A stretch of DNA of 42,775 bases from Limisphaerales bacterium (GCA_044225505.1 JBGAIN010000063.1:1-42775); one strand, 5' to 3'. Shown: positions 27,295-38,602, numbered from the stretch's first letter. Numbers and translations: made by a program. The notes: generated by a model from the letters alone, not told the origin.

Positions 27295-29251
27295 TCACCA
27301 ATCTTTAAAGACTCGGCCCTTGGCTTTCTGTTTGTCGGTCGGGACAAAAATCATGGCTTTTTCGTGTTCCTTTTGCGTGTCCAGCAATTGTTTCACTTGC
27401 TCCATGGACATGCGTCCGGCCATGGAAGCGCTGGCACCGTCCATGGAATTGGTGGACGTCCCTGGATCTTGCTTTCCGCCTGATTGCTCATCTTTCCCCT
27501 GACCGTCATCTTTCCCGGGATCTGGCTTCTTCTGCTTCTGAGATTGATCCTGCTTCTCTTTGTCTTGCTCCGGTTGCTGGGAAGGCTCGGGCTTCGCATC
27601 TTGCTCTGGTTGCTTTTGCTTTTCCGGATCCTTTGGATCTGGTTTGGAGTCCGAGTTTTTCTTTTCCTGCGGCTGCTCTTTCTTCTCTTTGTCCTCGCCG
27701 GGTTCTTTGTCTTGATCGTTCTTTTGATCTGGAGAGGGCTGCTGCTGCTTTTGCTTTTCCTGTTCTTGTTTAAGATCTTCCAACTTCTTGCGAACAAACT
27801 CCAGATTGAACTTCGCGTCCGGGTCGGTTGGCTCTAAGCGGAGCGCAGATTCATACTCTTTCGCTGACTGGTCCCATAGCTCGGACTTCTTTGGTAAACT
27901 CACTTCCGCTTCACCTTGCCGGAAGAGCGCATTGCCCAGGTTGTAATAGGCCTGCTGCTGCAATTTCAGATCAGGCGCGGTTGTGGCTCCCGAAAAGTGT
28001 TTCGTTGCTTCCTCGAACTTTTTCGCCTGATACGCGGCTGTCCCGGCGTTGTACTGCAGTCGAGGATCATCTGGGTGCTGCCGAAGCAAGCGAGTATACT
28101 CCTGATAGGAATCTTTGAACTGGCCAGCTTCGTATTTGCGCAGCGCGGTCGCGCTGGAGGCGAGAGTCGTCAGGCACGTTTGGCTGATCAAGAGCAACCC
28201 GATCAGCTTCTGCAGTTCTGGCAGGCCGCCTCGAGCGGGAGCCTCTTGGCGTGGGACCTTCTTGCGCTCTGGAAGGAATACCTCTGTGATCAGGCAGAGT
28301 ATCGCCAGCGCGAGCGGCCACTGATAACGATCGCGGAACTGTTTGACAACCCGGCTGGAAATCTCGCTCCGGGGAAGCGATGCGAGACCGCGCTGGTAAA
28401 GCACTTCCATTGGGTTAACGCCAGTCATTGGCAGATAGAATCCGTTTCCCGCAGTCGCAATCTGAGTCAAAAGGTTTTCGTTCAAACGGGATTTTACGAC
28501 ATTTCCTTCCGCATCCTTCAGATAGGAACCACTCCCTTGTTCATCTTTCTGCCGGAGCAGTTCACCGTTGGACGTACCTACACCAACCGTGAAGATGCGC
28601 AATCCCGACTTGGCGGCTTTTTCTGCGGCGCAAGCGCATCGCTGTCATGATCTTCTCCGTCCGTAAAGAATATCAAGACACGATGATTGTCACCATCGTC
28701 TTTAAACGCGCTTTGAGCAGCTTCAATAGCCTCAGCCAGCGCTGTTCCCCTTGCGGTATGATTCCGACGGATAATTGGTTAACACTTTGGCGAAAAGCTT
28801 CGTCATCCAGTGTCAACGGACACTGCAGAAACGCTGTTCCCGCGAATGCGACCAAGCCAAGCCTATCCCGTTTCGCAAGCTGCATCAGGTCGAGGGCAGC
28901 GAGCTTGGCACGTTCCAACCGGCTCGGCGCAATGTCTTCGGCCAGCATGCTGCGCGATGTGTCGATCGCCAGAACAATATCCAACCCGCGTTGGGTCGCT
29001 TGTTCCCATGCAAATCCCCACTGGGGCTGAGCGAGCGTAATAATCAGCAGCCCCACACCGATAACGAGCAAGACGAGACGAAATTTCTGCACGCGCCGCG
29101 AAAGGCCAACAGTGAGATGAGCTAGAATCCTAGATCGGACGAACTGCGAAATCAAAAATTGGCGCCGACGCCACGACCACCAAAGAAAGAGGGAAAGGGT
29201 CGGAACCGTAACGGCGAATAGCCAAAACATTCTGGGATGCTCGAATTGCAT
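27295..29251 (-). CDS. batB: BatB/BatC fusion: VWA domain, TM, TPR repeats and acidic/Gln-rich tail (apparent frameshifts near 28750 and 28630)
   Basis: 'LAQPQWG', MIDAS 'DTSRSM', 'PSRLERAK', 'TDGEDH' in a shifted frame, TPR 'YNAGTAAY' and 'YYNLGNALF', 'DAKFNLEF', terminal 'KDW'. Confidence 0.85.
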
Positions 29252-29332
29252 AAGGTCACCCTCAATCCGACGTCCAGCAAGGACAGGCGAAATCCTCCGC
29301 GAACTGGTAAGAGTGTTGCTGCCACAAACGTT

Positions 29333-30328
29333 TCACGGCAGTTTCCTCCAAACAGTGTTGCCAAGGATGATCTCGAGAAGCAACAGGACCAATGCAGGCA
29401 GGACCACCCAAGGGAAGAGTTCACGAAACCGCTGATACTTTTTTACTTCGGCTTCACTCTTTTCAAGCCGGTCGATGTCGGCATAAATTCCGCGCAACGT
29501 GTCCGAGCTATCCGCTCGGTAGTACCGGCCTCCGGTCTTTTCCGCGATCTTGGTTAAAGTTTCTTCGTCGATGTCCACTGGCACCTGGACGTAGACTTTT
29601 CGCCCGAACGGGTCGATCTGCGGATAAGGTGCTGTGCCGCGGGTTCCTACTCCGATGGTGTAGACTTTCACTCCGAGGGTCTGAGCGGCATCCGCCGCGG
29701 TCAACGGTGGCACTTGGCCGGCGTTGTTTTGGCCATCTGTCATCAGAATAACGATTCTACTTTTGGAACTCAGATCGCGCAACCGGTTCAGCGCTGCCGT
29801 TAATGCCGAGCCGATGGCCGTGCCGTCTTCGATCGTGTTCAAGTTCAATCGTTCGATGTTTTCCGACAGGAATTCGTGATCGAGGGTCAATGGTCCTGCC
29901 ACATAGGGGCGTCCAGCAAATGCCACCACCCCAATGCGATCGTTGACTCGTTTTCGAACAAACTTCTGCAATACGTCTTTGGCAATAGTCAGTCGGTTCA
30001 CTTGCTCTCCATTGAGTTTGAAATCCTCGGACGCCATGCTGCCGGAGAGGTCCAGAGCCACGACAATGTCGATTCCACTGGCGCGAACTGTGGCTTGGCC
30101 CTCACCCAACTGCGGGCGCGCCAGGGCGATGATGCAAAGAGCCAGAACGATCCACCGGAAACGGAGCAGTATTTGGCCAATGCGAGAGCGGCTGATTCCA
30201 GTAATTCCCTTAACCAGTTGGACCGATGAGTAGAGGAATGCAGACTCACGTCCGAGCCGCCCTTTAAGCCAAGCGAAGAGCGGCAGCAAGAGCAACAACA
30301 GCAGCCAGTAAGGTTCCGCGAGTCTCAT
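29333..30328 (-). CDS. batA: BatA VWA domain protein
   Basis: 'LARPQ', MIDAS 'DLSGSM', 'DRIGVVAF', 'GTAIG', 'MTDGQNN', 'VYTIGVG', C-terminal TM. Confidence 0.92.
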   Translation of the reverse strand: MRLAEPYWLLLLLLLPLFAWLKGRLGRESAFLYSSVQLVKGITGISRSRIGQILLRFRWIVLALCIIALARPQLGEGQATVRASGIDIVVALDLSGSMASEDFKLNGEQVNRLTIAKDVLQKFVRKRVNDRIGVVAFAGRPYVAGPLTLDHEFLSENIERLNLNTIEDGTAIGSALTAALNRLRDLSSKSRIVILMTDGQNNAGQVPPLTAADAAQTLGVKVYTIGVGTRGTAPYPQIDPFGRKVYVQVPVDIDEETLTKIAEKTGGRYYRADSSDTLRGIYADIDRLEKSEAEVKKYQRFRELFPWVVLPALVLLLLEIILGNTVWRKLP

Positions 30329-30903
30329 GCTGCTGGCGTTGCTGTTGAAGCTGGGAGAGTTGGGGGCGTCTGGGTCTCCTCGACCAACCGTACCGCAGAA
30401 TCGTAGATCGCCTCTAACTCCGGACGCTGGGGTTCATATCGCGCAAATTTAACCAAATCGCAGCGCATTAAGAAATCGCCCAAAACATTTTTCTGCTCCA
30501 GAGTCAGGAGGGAACTGCGCTGGAGTTCTTCTAAGAACTCTTCCGTTGTTCGTTCGGGCGCTCGCAGGGTAAATCGATCCTCGACGTAAATTCGAATGGT
30601 GTCCGACACCAAGGTGCAAAAGGGGCCAGGCTGGCCGAGCAGGTCCAGGGCCTCACGCAAACGCGCCAATGCTTTCTCGTGCGGCGGAATGATGATCAAG
30701 GGTACAGTCGGAGTTTGGGGCCGTCGTCTCTTGCGGAAGAGCCACCACACGAGGGCAGCGGCGAGGAGAAAGCCGAGACCCCAAAACAGCCACGCCCAAT
30801 AGTTCGGGATAACGACAGGGGCGCGAATGCCTCTTATATCATTCGCGAGACCGCCAGCGACATTGGTCGCCACTTGAGAAAGAATGGCATTCGTTTTAAC
30901 CAT
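30325..30903 (-). CDS. Bat-locus membrane protein (DUF4381-like)
   Basis: 'DIRGI', single TM, 'PPHEKAL', 'APERTTEEFL', 'CDLVKFA'. Lies between DUF58 and batA. Confidence 0.8.
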   Translation of the reverse strand: MVKTNAILSQVATNVAGGLANDIRGIRAPVVIPNYWAWLFWGLGFLLAAALVWWLFRKRRRPQTPTVPLIIIPPHEKALARLREALDLLGQPGPFCTLVSDTIRIYVEDRFTLRAPERTTEEFLEELQRSSLLTLEQKNVLGDFLMRCDLVKFARYEPQRPELEAIYDSAVRLVEETQTPPTLPASTATPAA

Positions 30904-30906
30904 GGC

Positions 30907-31863
30907 TTAGCCGCGAATGCGTCGTCGTTCCCGCATGTCGAAGAATCGACCCAGAGCGGCGGCGTACGGTTGGTCCGTGCGCAGTTGGATGGCGTCGATC
31001 TTGGCTGCTTGAAACAGCCGGCGCAATTCAGCCTGAGTCCGTTCTTGCCTTTGCTGGAAGGAGGCCCGTTTGCGTTCATCTCCAGTATTTACCTCCACAA
31101 CTTCACCGGTTTCAGCGTCCTTGAGAACCAAGTAGCCAAGGGCGGGCAATTCCAGCTCAAACCGGTCCGTGATCTGCACCGCCACGACATCGTGGCGACG
31201 GTTGGCTTGGCGAAGGGCCGTGAGTGACGCTTGCGCCAGGGTGTCGGAGTAGACGGCCCGGCGTTTGAGGTGGGCATTGATCTCCGCCCGACTGACATGC
31301 GTTTGCCCGAGAAAGTCCGAAATGATTACCGCGATGGCGCGATGGCTTGTCACGCGGGAGAGAAACTCCAAGGCGCGATTTAGATCTGTGCCTGCCTGTT
31401 TCGGCTCGAAAAACAAGATCTCGCGAATCACACGCAAGACATGACGCCGTCCCTTTCGTGGCGGGATAAATTTCTCGACTTCTTCGGTAAAGAGGATCAA
31501 CCCAACCTTGTCGTTGTTGCGAATGGCCGAAAAGGCCAGCACCGACGCAATCTCAGCGGCCAGTTCGCGTTTTGACTGTTCTCCAGATCCGAAGAGACCA
31601 GAACCGCTCAAGTCAACGACGAGCATCACGGTCAATTCGCGCTCTTCCACGAACTTCTTGACGAACGGATGATTCATTCGGGCGGTGACATTCCAGTCAA
31701 TCGCGCGAACCTCATCCCCAGGGACGTATTCCCGGACTTCTTCAAAGTTCATGCCCTGCCCTTTGAAGACGCTGTGATACTGGCCCGCCAACGTCTCGTT
31801 CACTAGACGGATGGAGCGAAGTTCGATTTGGCGGATCTTTTTGAGGATCTCGCGTGGGATCAT
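30907..31863 (-). CDS. DUF58 (VWA-like) protein
   Basis: 'YHSVFKGQGMNFEEVREYVPGDEVRAIDWNVTAR', 'EERELTV', 'DLSGS', 'ISDF'. Confidence 0.92.
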   Translation of the reverse strand: MIPREILKKIRQIELRSIRLVNETLAGQYHSVFKGQGMNFEEVREYVPGDEVRAIDWNVTARMNHPFVKKFVEERELTVMLVVDLSGSGLFGSGEQSKRELAAEIASVLAFSAIRNNDKVGLILFTEEVEKFIPPRKGRRHVLRVIREILFFEPKQAGTDLNRALEFLSRVTSHRAIAVIISDFLGQTHVSRAEINAHLKRRAVYSDTLAQASLTALRQANRRHDVVAVQITDRFELELPALGYLVLKDAETGEVVEVNTGDERKRASFQQRQERTQAELRRLFQAAKIDAIQLRTDQPYAAALGRFFDMRERRRIRG

Positions 31864-31878
31864 CGGATTACCCCGAGG

Positions 31879-32868
31879 CTAAGGAACTGGCAATTCATCG
31901 AGGATTTTCTGTACGATCGTCTCGCTGGTTTTCTCCTCGGCTTCCGCTTCATAAGTCACCGCCACGCGGTGCCGCAAAACGTCCATGGCGATACTCTTCA
32001 CGTCTTGGGGCGTCACGTAACCTCGACCGCGGAGAAAGGCGAACGCTTTAGCGGCCAAGGTCAGGGAAATCGTGGCGCGCGGAGAGGCCCCCATATGGAT
32101 CAACCCCTTCAGCTCAATCTTGTAGTTTAACGGATCGCGCGTCGCACAAACGAGGTCAACGATATAGTCTTTCACCTTGTCGTCGACGTAGATATCGTTA
32201 ATGACCTGCCGGGCCGTGAGGATCTGTTCAGGTCGAACCACTGCAGTAACCGAAGGCAAATTGCTCGTTCTCGCCATGAGATCGAGGATTTGTCTCTCTT
32301 CACTTCGCGTCGGGTAAACGATTTTAAGCTTGAGCATGAATCGATCGACCTGCGCTTCGGGAAGTGGATAGGTTCCTTCCTGTTCGATAGGGTTCTGAGT
32401 CGCTAGAACCAGGAACGGTTCCTCCAGTTTAAACGTTTGGTCGCCGATCGTCACCTGCTTCTCTTGCATGGCTTCCAGCAAGGCACTCTGAACTTTAGCT
32501 GGGGCTCGGTTGATCTCGTCAGCCAAGACCAGGTTGGCGAAGATCGGCCCTTTGCGCGTCGTAAACCCGCCCGATTGCGGATTATAAATCTGGGTTCCAA
32601 CCACATCGGCTGGAAGCATATCGGGAGTGAACTGAAGACGTGCGAAACGCACACTCAAGCAAGCTGAGAGAGATTTAACGGCCAAAGTCTTGGCCAGGCC
32701 AGGGACGCCTTCGAGCAAAACATGGCCGTTCGCCAGCAATCCAATGACTAGTCGTTCGATCAGATACCGTTGACCAATAATGACTTTGTTGACCTCGCTA
32801 AACAACGGTTGAACGAAGGCACTGGCCTTTTGCACTTCGTCGTTGATGACACTGATTCCCGTATTCAT
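31879..32868 (-). CDS. moxR: MoxR-family AAA+ ATPase
   Basis: 'LLEGVPGLAKT', 'RLQFTPDMLPAD', 'DEINRAPAKVQSALLEAMQE', 'TQNPIEQEGTYPLPEAQVDRF'. GAGG precedes ATG 32868. Confidence 0.95.
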   Translation of the reverse strand: MNTGISVINDEVQKASAFVQPLFSEVNKVIIGQRYLIERLVIGLLANGHVLLEGVPGLAKTLAVKSLSACLSVRFARLQFTPDMLPADVVGTQIYNPQSGGFTTRKGPIFANLVLADEINRAPAKVQSALLEAMQEKQVTIGDQTFKLEEPFLVLATQNPIEQEGTYPLPEAQVDRFMLKLKIVYPTRSEERQILDLMARTSNLPSVTAVVRPEQILTARQVINDIYVDDKVKDYIVDLVCATRDPLNYKIELKGLIHMGASPRATISLTLAAKAFAFLRGRGYVTPQDVKSIAMDVLRHRVAVTYEAEAEEKTSETIVQKILDELPVP

Positions 32869-32917
32869 GCGCACCTCTAATAATTCCGCCTCATCGACAA
32901 TTTGGCCCGCGTTTTGT

Positions 32918-33847
32918 TCAGTCTAAAATGTTTCGCGCCCAAGCCACGTCGTCCGCAATCTGGTTTCTAAGCGCGTCGAGTGAGGCAAATTTCTGCTCCG
33001 GACGCAACTGCTTTACAAACTCAAATTCGAGTTCTCTCCCGTAAAGATCCCCCTCGAAGTCAAGCAAATGCACCTCGAACCGGACGGACTTACCTGTCTC
33101 CTCGACCGTGGGTCGAACTCCAAGGTTGGCAACCGCTTTGCCTCGGTGTTCGCCGGCGCTGGCGATGCCCGCATAGACGCCTGCGGGGGGTAACGCCAAC
33201 CCTGCAACATCCAAGTTTGCCGTTGGAAAACCCAACTTCCTTCCTAACGCCTCGCCGTGCAACACGCTTCCACGAATGGAATAAGCGCGCCCGAGAAGGG
33301 TTCGGACCGCATCAAAATCCCTGGACATGATCGCCTGTCGGATGCGGGTGCTGCTGACGATGTGCTCCCCCGAAAGGAGGGAGGGCACCTCATGAACAAT
33401 GAATCCGTGGTCACGGCCAAGCCGCCGTAACAGACTGACGTTTCCGGTTCGCTGGTAGCCAAAACTGAAATCCTGTCCGATACATACGGCCTCCAGTCCA
33501 CCAGAAAAACCACGGACGAGGCTTAGGGCAAAAGACTCGCCACTTTGCTGACTAAATGCCTGGTCAAAGTGAATGAGAAGAATGGTTTCGATCCCCAACG
33601 ACTCCATGACTCGGAGCCTTTGGCCAATCGGATAAATCAGGGGAGGCGTTCGAGAAGGCGCGACCACCGAATTTGGATGTCTATCGAACGTGACGGCCAC
33701 GGGGATGCCACCGCCCCGGCGGGCGGCATCGACAGTCTGAGCGAGCACTCGTTGATGCCCCCGATGGACTCCATCGAACATTCCAATAGCCGCGACGACT
33801 TTTCTCGTCCCGCAGTGCAGTTCCTCGGGCTGGCGAATGATAGTCAT
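32918..33847 (-). CDS. ribF: Bifunctional riboflavin kinase/FAD synthetase
   Basis: 'IGMFDGVHRGH', 'VSSTRIR', 'GRKLGFPTAN', 'GVRPT', 'EVHLLDF'. Follows truB. Confidence 0.95.
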   Translation of the reverse strand: MTIIRQPEELHCGTRKVVAAIGMFDGVHRGHQRVLAQTVDAARRGGGIPVAVTFDRHPNSVVAPSRTPPLIYPIGQRLRVMESLGIETILLIHFDQAFSQQSGESFALSLVRGFSGGLEAVCIGQDFSFGYQRTGNVSLLRRLGRDHGFIVHEVPSLLSGEHIVSSTRIRQAIMSRDFDAVRTLLGRAYSIRGSVLHGEALGRKLGFPTANLDVAGLALPPAGVYAGIASAGEHRGKAVANLGVRPTVEETGKSVRFEVHLLDFEGDLYGRELEFEFVKQLRPEQKFASLDALRNQIADDVAWARNILD

Positions 33848-33920
33848 CGACCTGGTCGTGGCCAAGGCGACACCGTGCGGGCGCAATCGATCCGGACCTT
33901 TGTCTGGACCGAACTGGGAC

Positions 33921-34637
33921 TCATGCGGATTCAACCAGTTTGAAGACTGGGATAACGGACTGCTCCAACTCTTTGCGCGATCGAGTCAGGACATCTTCAA
34001 ATCGAACCGCGTTGGCAACATCAAATCGGCCAGACACTAACCGACGTAGCGTGAGCAGGTGTGCGCCACATCCAATTTTATCACCCAAGTCGTGCACAAG
34101 TGTTCGAACGTAAGTTCCCTTCGTGCACGCCACACGAAAGTCAGCAGTCGGCTCTGTGTACGTCGCGAAACGAAACGTGTAGATGTGAACCAAGCGCGGT
34201 TTCCGTTCGACTTCGATTCCCTTTCGCGCAAGCTTGTAAAGTGGCACACCCCCCTTCTTTACCGCCGAGACCATCGGAGGTGTTTGGAGATGATCCCCTA
34301 CAAATGTGGAAGCCGCTTCGTTGAGCTGCTCGAGAGTCATAGCGGGGACGGGCAATGAACCAACCAATTCGCCGGCCGCATCATGACTGTCCGTCGACTC
34401 TCCAAATTTGGCCGTTCCCTCATAGATCTTGTCTTCAGACATGAGGCGGTCGGAGAGTTTGGTAGCTCGACCGAGGACAAGGATGAGCAATCCGGTGGCA
34501 TTAGGATCCAATGTCCCGCAATGCCCTACTTTCTTGAGACGGAAATGATGACGAACCTCTTCGACCACATCGTGAGAGGTTGGTCCCGCGGGCTTATCAA
34601 TGAGTAAAGCCCCGTCCAGGAGATCGAACTCTTGCAT
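33921..34637 (-). CDS. truB: tRNA pseudouridine(55) synthase
   Basis: 'IDKPAGPTSHDVV', 'KVGHCGTLDP', 'PPMVSAVK', 'CTKGTYVRTL'. Confidence 0.96.
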   Translation of the reverse strand: MQEFDLLDGALLIDKPAGPTSHDVVEEVRHHFRLKKVGHCGTLDPNATGLLILVLGRATKLSDRLMSEDKIYEGTAKFGESTDSHDAAGELVGSLPVPAMTLEQLNEAASTFVGDHLQTPPMVSAVKKGGVPLYKLARKGIEVERKPRLVHIYTFRFATYTEPTADFRVACTKGTYVRTLVHDLGDKIGCGAHLLTLRRLVSGRFDVANAVRFEDVLTRSRKELEQSVIPVFKLVESA

Positions 34638-34639
34638 GA

Positions 34640-35623
34640 TCAGTGTATAGAATTCACTGCCTTCTTGAGGGCAGCAAGGACCTTCCGCTGGACAGAAAGG
34701 GGCTTCCCGGCAACGCGAGCTCCAGCGGCCGCTTTATGGCCCCCACCGCCAAACAGTTTGGCCACTTCATTGACATCGACCCTTTCATCTTTCGATCGAA
34801 GGCTGAGCCTGGTCAGGTCCGGCTCGATCTGCTCAAACACACAAGCCACGACGACCGGCTCGATCGCGCGGATATGGTCGATCAAACCCTCGGCATCGGC
34901 AGGATCCGCTCCTGTCCGAGCGAAGTCTTCCTTTTTCAACCAGAAGTAAGCGATCTGGTTCTGATGGGTGAGACGGTATCGATTGTAAAGGAGTCGTAGC
35001 AGCCGGACTCGAGAGAGAGGGTATGACTGATACACCTCATTGCAGATCCGGGCCAGGTCCGCGCCTCGCTTGACAAGCTCTCCCGCAACATTGTAAGTCG
35101 TGGGCCGCGTGGTCGGGTATTGAAACGACCCGGTGTCGGTTGAGACGGCGGTGAATAAGCAATCCGCTATCGCCGAGTCAATCGGCCAGTTGGCCGCTTT
35201 AAGTAATCGAAAAATCAACTCACCAGTCGATGCTTCTCGAGGTGACACCCAGTTCACGTCGGCAAAACGAGTGTTGCTTTTGTGGTGATCAATATTGATG
35301 AGAAGCTTCCTCTCCTTCACGCACTCCGCGACCGCCCCCAACCGTTCCAGACTCGCCGCGTCCGTTGCAATCACGCAGTCAAACATCTGGCCGGATTGTG
35401 GCCGTTGCATCAGCTTCTTCACATCGAGAAAGGCAAGTTTCTGAGGAATTGGATCTTGATTCCAACAAACCACTTTCTTGCCGGCATTAAGCAACGCGAG
35501 ACTGAGTCCGAGCTGTGAACCCACGCAATCGCCGTCGGGACGTATATGTCCCACGACGCAGAATGTTTCACTCCCTCGAACCCCTTCGAGAATACGGTCA
35601 ATGATCTTCGGATGAACCTTCAT
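34640..35623 (-). CDS. nrnA: DHH/DHHA1 bifunctional oligoribonuclease/pAp phosphatase
   Basis: 'HIRPDGD', 'NIDHH', 'TDTGSF', 'SLRS', 'GGGGHKAAAG'. Lies between rbfA and truB. Confidence 0.9.
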   Translation of the reverse strand: MKVHPKIIDRILEGVRGSETFCVVGHIRPDGDCVGSQLGLSLALLNAGKKVVCWNQDPIPQKLAFLDVKKLMQRPQSGQMFDCVIATDAASLERLGAVAECVKERKLLINIDHHKSNTRFADVNWVSPREASTGELIFRLLKAANWPIDSAIADCLFTAVSTDTGSFQYPTTRPTTYNVAGELVKRGADLARICNEVYQSYPLSRVRLLRLLYNRYRLTHQNQIAYFWLKKEDFARTGADPADAEGLIDHIRAIEPVVVACVFEQIEPDLTRLSLRSKDERVDVNEVAKLFGGGGHKAAAGARVAGKPLSVQRKVLAALKKAVNSIH

Positions 35624-35975
35624 GGGGCGGGGTGGAGCGCTCGATTTCATCCATGATTTCGAGAACGCGATTGCCGCGAGAGACCGACTCATCAAGAACA
35701 AAGCGGAGTTGAGGGGTGTACTTTAAGATAACGGCACGTCCGACAAGCCCTTGCAGTCGCTTCCGTTCTTTCTGGAGCAACTCCATGGCATGTTTGACTT
35801 GCCCATCCGAACCGATGACGCCAACGAAGACGGTCGCCATCTGGAGATCCTTTGAGATTTCAACGTCGTTGACGGTGATAATGCCGCCGTCGGGCAAGGG
35901 CAGCTCACGCTGAACAATCTCGCCAAGCTGACGCTTTAACAGCTCACGGACTCGTTGGACGCGTACGGACGGCAT
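35598..35975 (-). CDS. rbfA: 30S ribosome-binding factor A
   Basis: 'RVQRVRELL', 'ITVNDVEISKDL', 'KYTPQLRFVLDES'. Follows infB. Confidence 0.95.
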   Translation of the reverse strand: MPSVRVQRVRELLKRQLGEIVQRELPLPDGGIITVNDVEISKDLQMATVFVGVIGSDGQVKHAMELLQKERKRLQGLVGRAVILKYTPQLRFVLDESVSRGNRVLEIMDEIERSTPPHEGSSEDH

Positions 35976-35994
35976 GCGACATCTTTCAAAGTGC

Positions 35995-38602
35995 CTACAG
36001 TTTCTGTGGCACTTTTTCCAATGTGTAGCACTCGATCAAATCGCCAGGTTGGAAATCATCAAAACCGTCGAGTCGAATTCCACACTCCATGCCAGCACGA
36101 ACTTCGTTCACTTCATCCTGGAACCGCCTCAACGACTGAGTCAGTCCCTCGTAAATCAAGCCTTTGCGCCGCATCACGCGCACTTTACCCTTGGCAATCC
36201 GGCCGGTCGTCACCGCACAGCCAGCCACGTTTCCTCCCTTCGACAAAGTAAACACCTTCCGCACTTCAGCCGATCCGATGATGACTTCGCGGGTTAAAGG
36301 ATCAAGCAGGCCTGCCATCGCCTCTTTCACCTGATCCACCAACTCATAAATGATCGCGTAGAGTTTAATCTGAACACCCTCGCGCTTCGCCACGTCCGCC
36401 ACACCATTGTCGATGCGGGTGTGAAAGCCGAGGATAATTGCTTCCGAAGCCGATGCCAAGAGGACGTCGGACTCCGTGATTGTTCCAACGGCGCTGTGAA
36501 TCACTTCCAGAGAGACCTTCGACGATTCGATCTTCTTGAGGGCGTCAACAATGGCTTCAACTGATCCCTGCGTGTCTGCCTTGACGACCACTTTCAGCAC
36601 TTTGGTGCTCTCGGACGCCAAAGTATCAAACAAATTCTCCAGGGTGACCTTTGGCCGACGTTCCTTGTCGAGCTGTTTGGCAGCTTCTGCCCTTTGCTCG
36701 CCGAGCAATCGCGCGTTCTTCTCGTTGTCGACCGCGCTAAATTCCAAACCGGCCTCGGGAACGCCGTTCAGCCCCAGAAGCTTTACCGCCACCGAGGGCC
36801 CTCCTTCTTTGAGGCGCTTTCCTTCCTCGTTAATCAACGCGCGAACCCTCCCCCAATACTGGCCGCAAATCACAATATCGCCCACGCGCAATGTGCCTTT
36901 ACGAACCAGGACCGTCGCTGTCGGTCCACCCGGCTCCAAGCCAGACTCGATAACGTTTCCTTCGCTCGCCGATTCGGGTTGGCCTTAAGTTCCAACAACT
37001 CTGCTCGGAGCACCAACATTTCCAGCAATTTATCGACGCCTTGCTTGGTTAACGCGGAAACATCTACGAAAATGGTGTCGCCGCCCCAATCGTCCGGTAC
37101 CAACCCTTTATCCTGAAGCTGTTGACGCACACGCATCGGATTGGCGTTCGGATGATCACATTTGTTAACCGCCACAATGATTGGCGCCTTTGCCGCCAGC
37201 GCATGGCTGAGCGCCTCTAAAGTTTGTGGCATAACACCGTCGTTTGCCGCGACCACCAGCACCACGATGTCCGTCACGTTCGCCCCGCGCGCACGCATGG
37301 AACTGAACGCGGCGTGGCCAGGCGTATCAAAAAAGTGATCTGCATCTCGCCCGGACGTTCCGGATGAGGAATTGCAATCGTATACGCCCCAATATGCTGC
37401 GTGATACCACCCGCTTCACCAGCGGCAACATTGGACTTCCGGATCACGTCCAACAACGTCGTCTTCCCATGGTCAACATGCCCCATGATCGTAACTACGG
37501 GAGCACGCGGTTCCAGCTCCTCCGGCTTGTCATCGACGTCCAGCTCCACTTTCTTAACGGGAGCATGAACCACTCCGCCACCCCGTTCTCGTTTCTCCAC
37601 TTCAAATCGGAATCCGTATTTCGCGCAGAGACGTTGGGCGACAACTTCGTCGATCGCCTGATTGACGCTCGCGAAAACGTTCAATTGCATTAAGTCGGCG
37701 ATCAACTGAAACGGCTTCTTCTTGAGCTGCTCTGCCAAATCGCGGACGATCACCGGAGGTTTCAGTGTGATTAACTCTCCCGTGATCGGAGGGACAAATT
37801 TCGCCTCAACCGGAGCAGCAGGTCGACTCGGCTCCGGACGGGCTATCGGTCCGTTGGGCCGAGCGCCAGCAAAACCTGGCCGTTGTGGCGCTGACTGTGG
37901 TCCGCGCGAATCTCGAGAGTCGACACGTCCGCGAAGCTCGGGCCGCCCGGGAATTCGGGTCACCGGCTTCACCGGTGCGGGTCTCTCCGGAACTCGCGCT
38001 GCCGGTTTGTTCGGCAGCTTGATAAAACCGACCTTATCGCCAATCCGCGGCAGCGCCGGTTCCGGCGGCAATACCGGCGCCGGGGGTGGTGCGACCGGGG
38101 CGGGCGCGACATCCACGGGAGGCGCTGCGGCTTCCACAATCTCTGGCTCGGCAGCCACCACGGGGATTTCCGGCTCCGTGCTCACGACATTCGGAGCAGG
38201 TTCGGGGATCGGCTCGACGATCGACTCTGGAATCGGTGCCGGGGGAATCGCGACGACTTCGACGGTCGTGACCACCGGTTCTGAAGGCAAGGGCGCAGGC
38301 GAGACCTCTTCGGGTGGCATCTCCGGCAATACCGGCTCAAGTGCGACAGGCGGCACCGGAACGACTTCGGGTGGAGGAGCAACGATCAAGACAGGTTCAG
38401 GAGGTGGCGTGGGAACAGTCGCAACCGCGGTCGTAGCGGCTGGGACGCCGCCCAGCTCATTTTCAAGGTATTCGGCCGTGATTTTGTCGAGGGAGCTAGA
38501 GGGGACCTTGGCGGCAGTGATGCCCAATGCTCGCGCTCTGGCAAGGACTTCCTTGCTTTCGATTCCGAGCTTTTTCGCAATGTCGTAAATACGAACGGGC
38601 AT
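35995..38602 (-). CDS. infB: Translation initiation factor IF-2 (apparent single-base deletions near 37328 and 36960)
   Basis: N-terminal 'RIYDIAK', Pro/Glu/Val-rich linker, 'MGHVDHGKT', '[10 protein letters not shown]', (D)TPGH across a frameshift, 'NKCD', '[10 protein letters not shown]', 'GMECGI'. Confidence 0.95.

Noticed and set aside
27484..27837. Leu/Phe-rich membrane-like ORF
   Set aside because: Antisense shadow of the Lys/Gln/Glu-rich BatC tail.
36870..37330. Programmed frameshifting in infB
   Set aside because: The shifts are single-base losses in short runs, and similar losses occur in unrelated genes. Sequencing error is more parsimonious.
37722..38588. 288-aa Gly/Thr/Ser-rich + strand ORF
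   Set aside because: Antisense shadow of the Pro-rich IF-2 linker.
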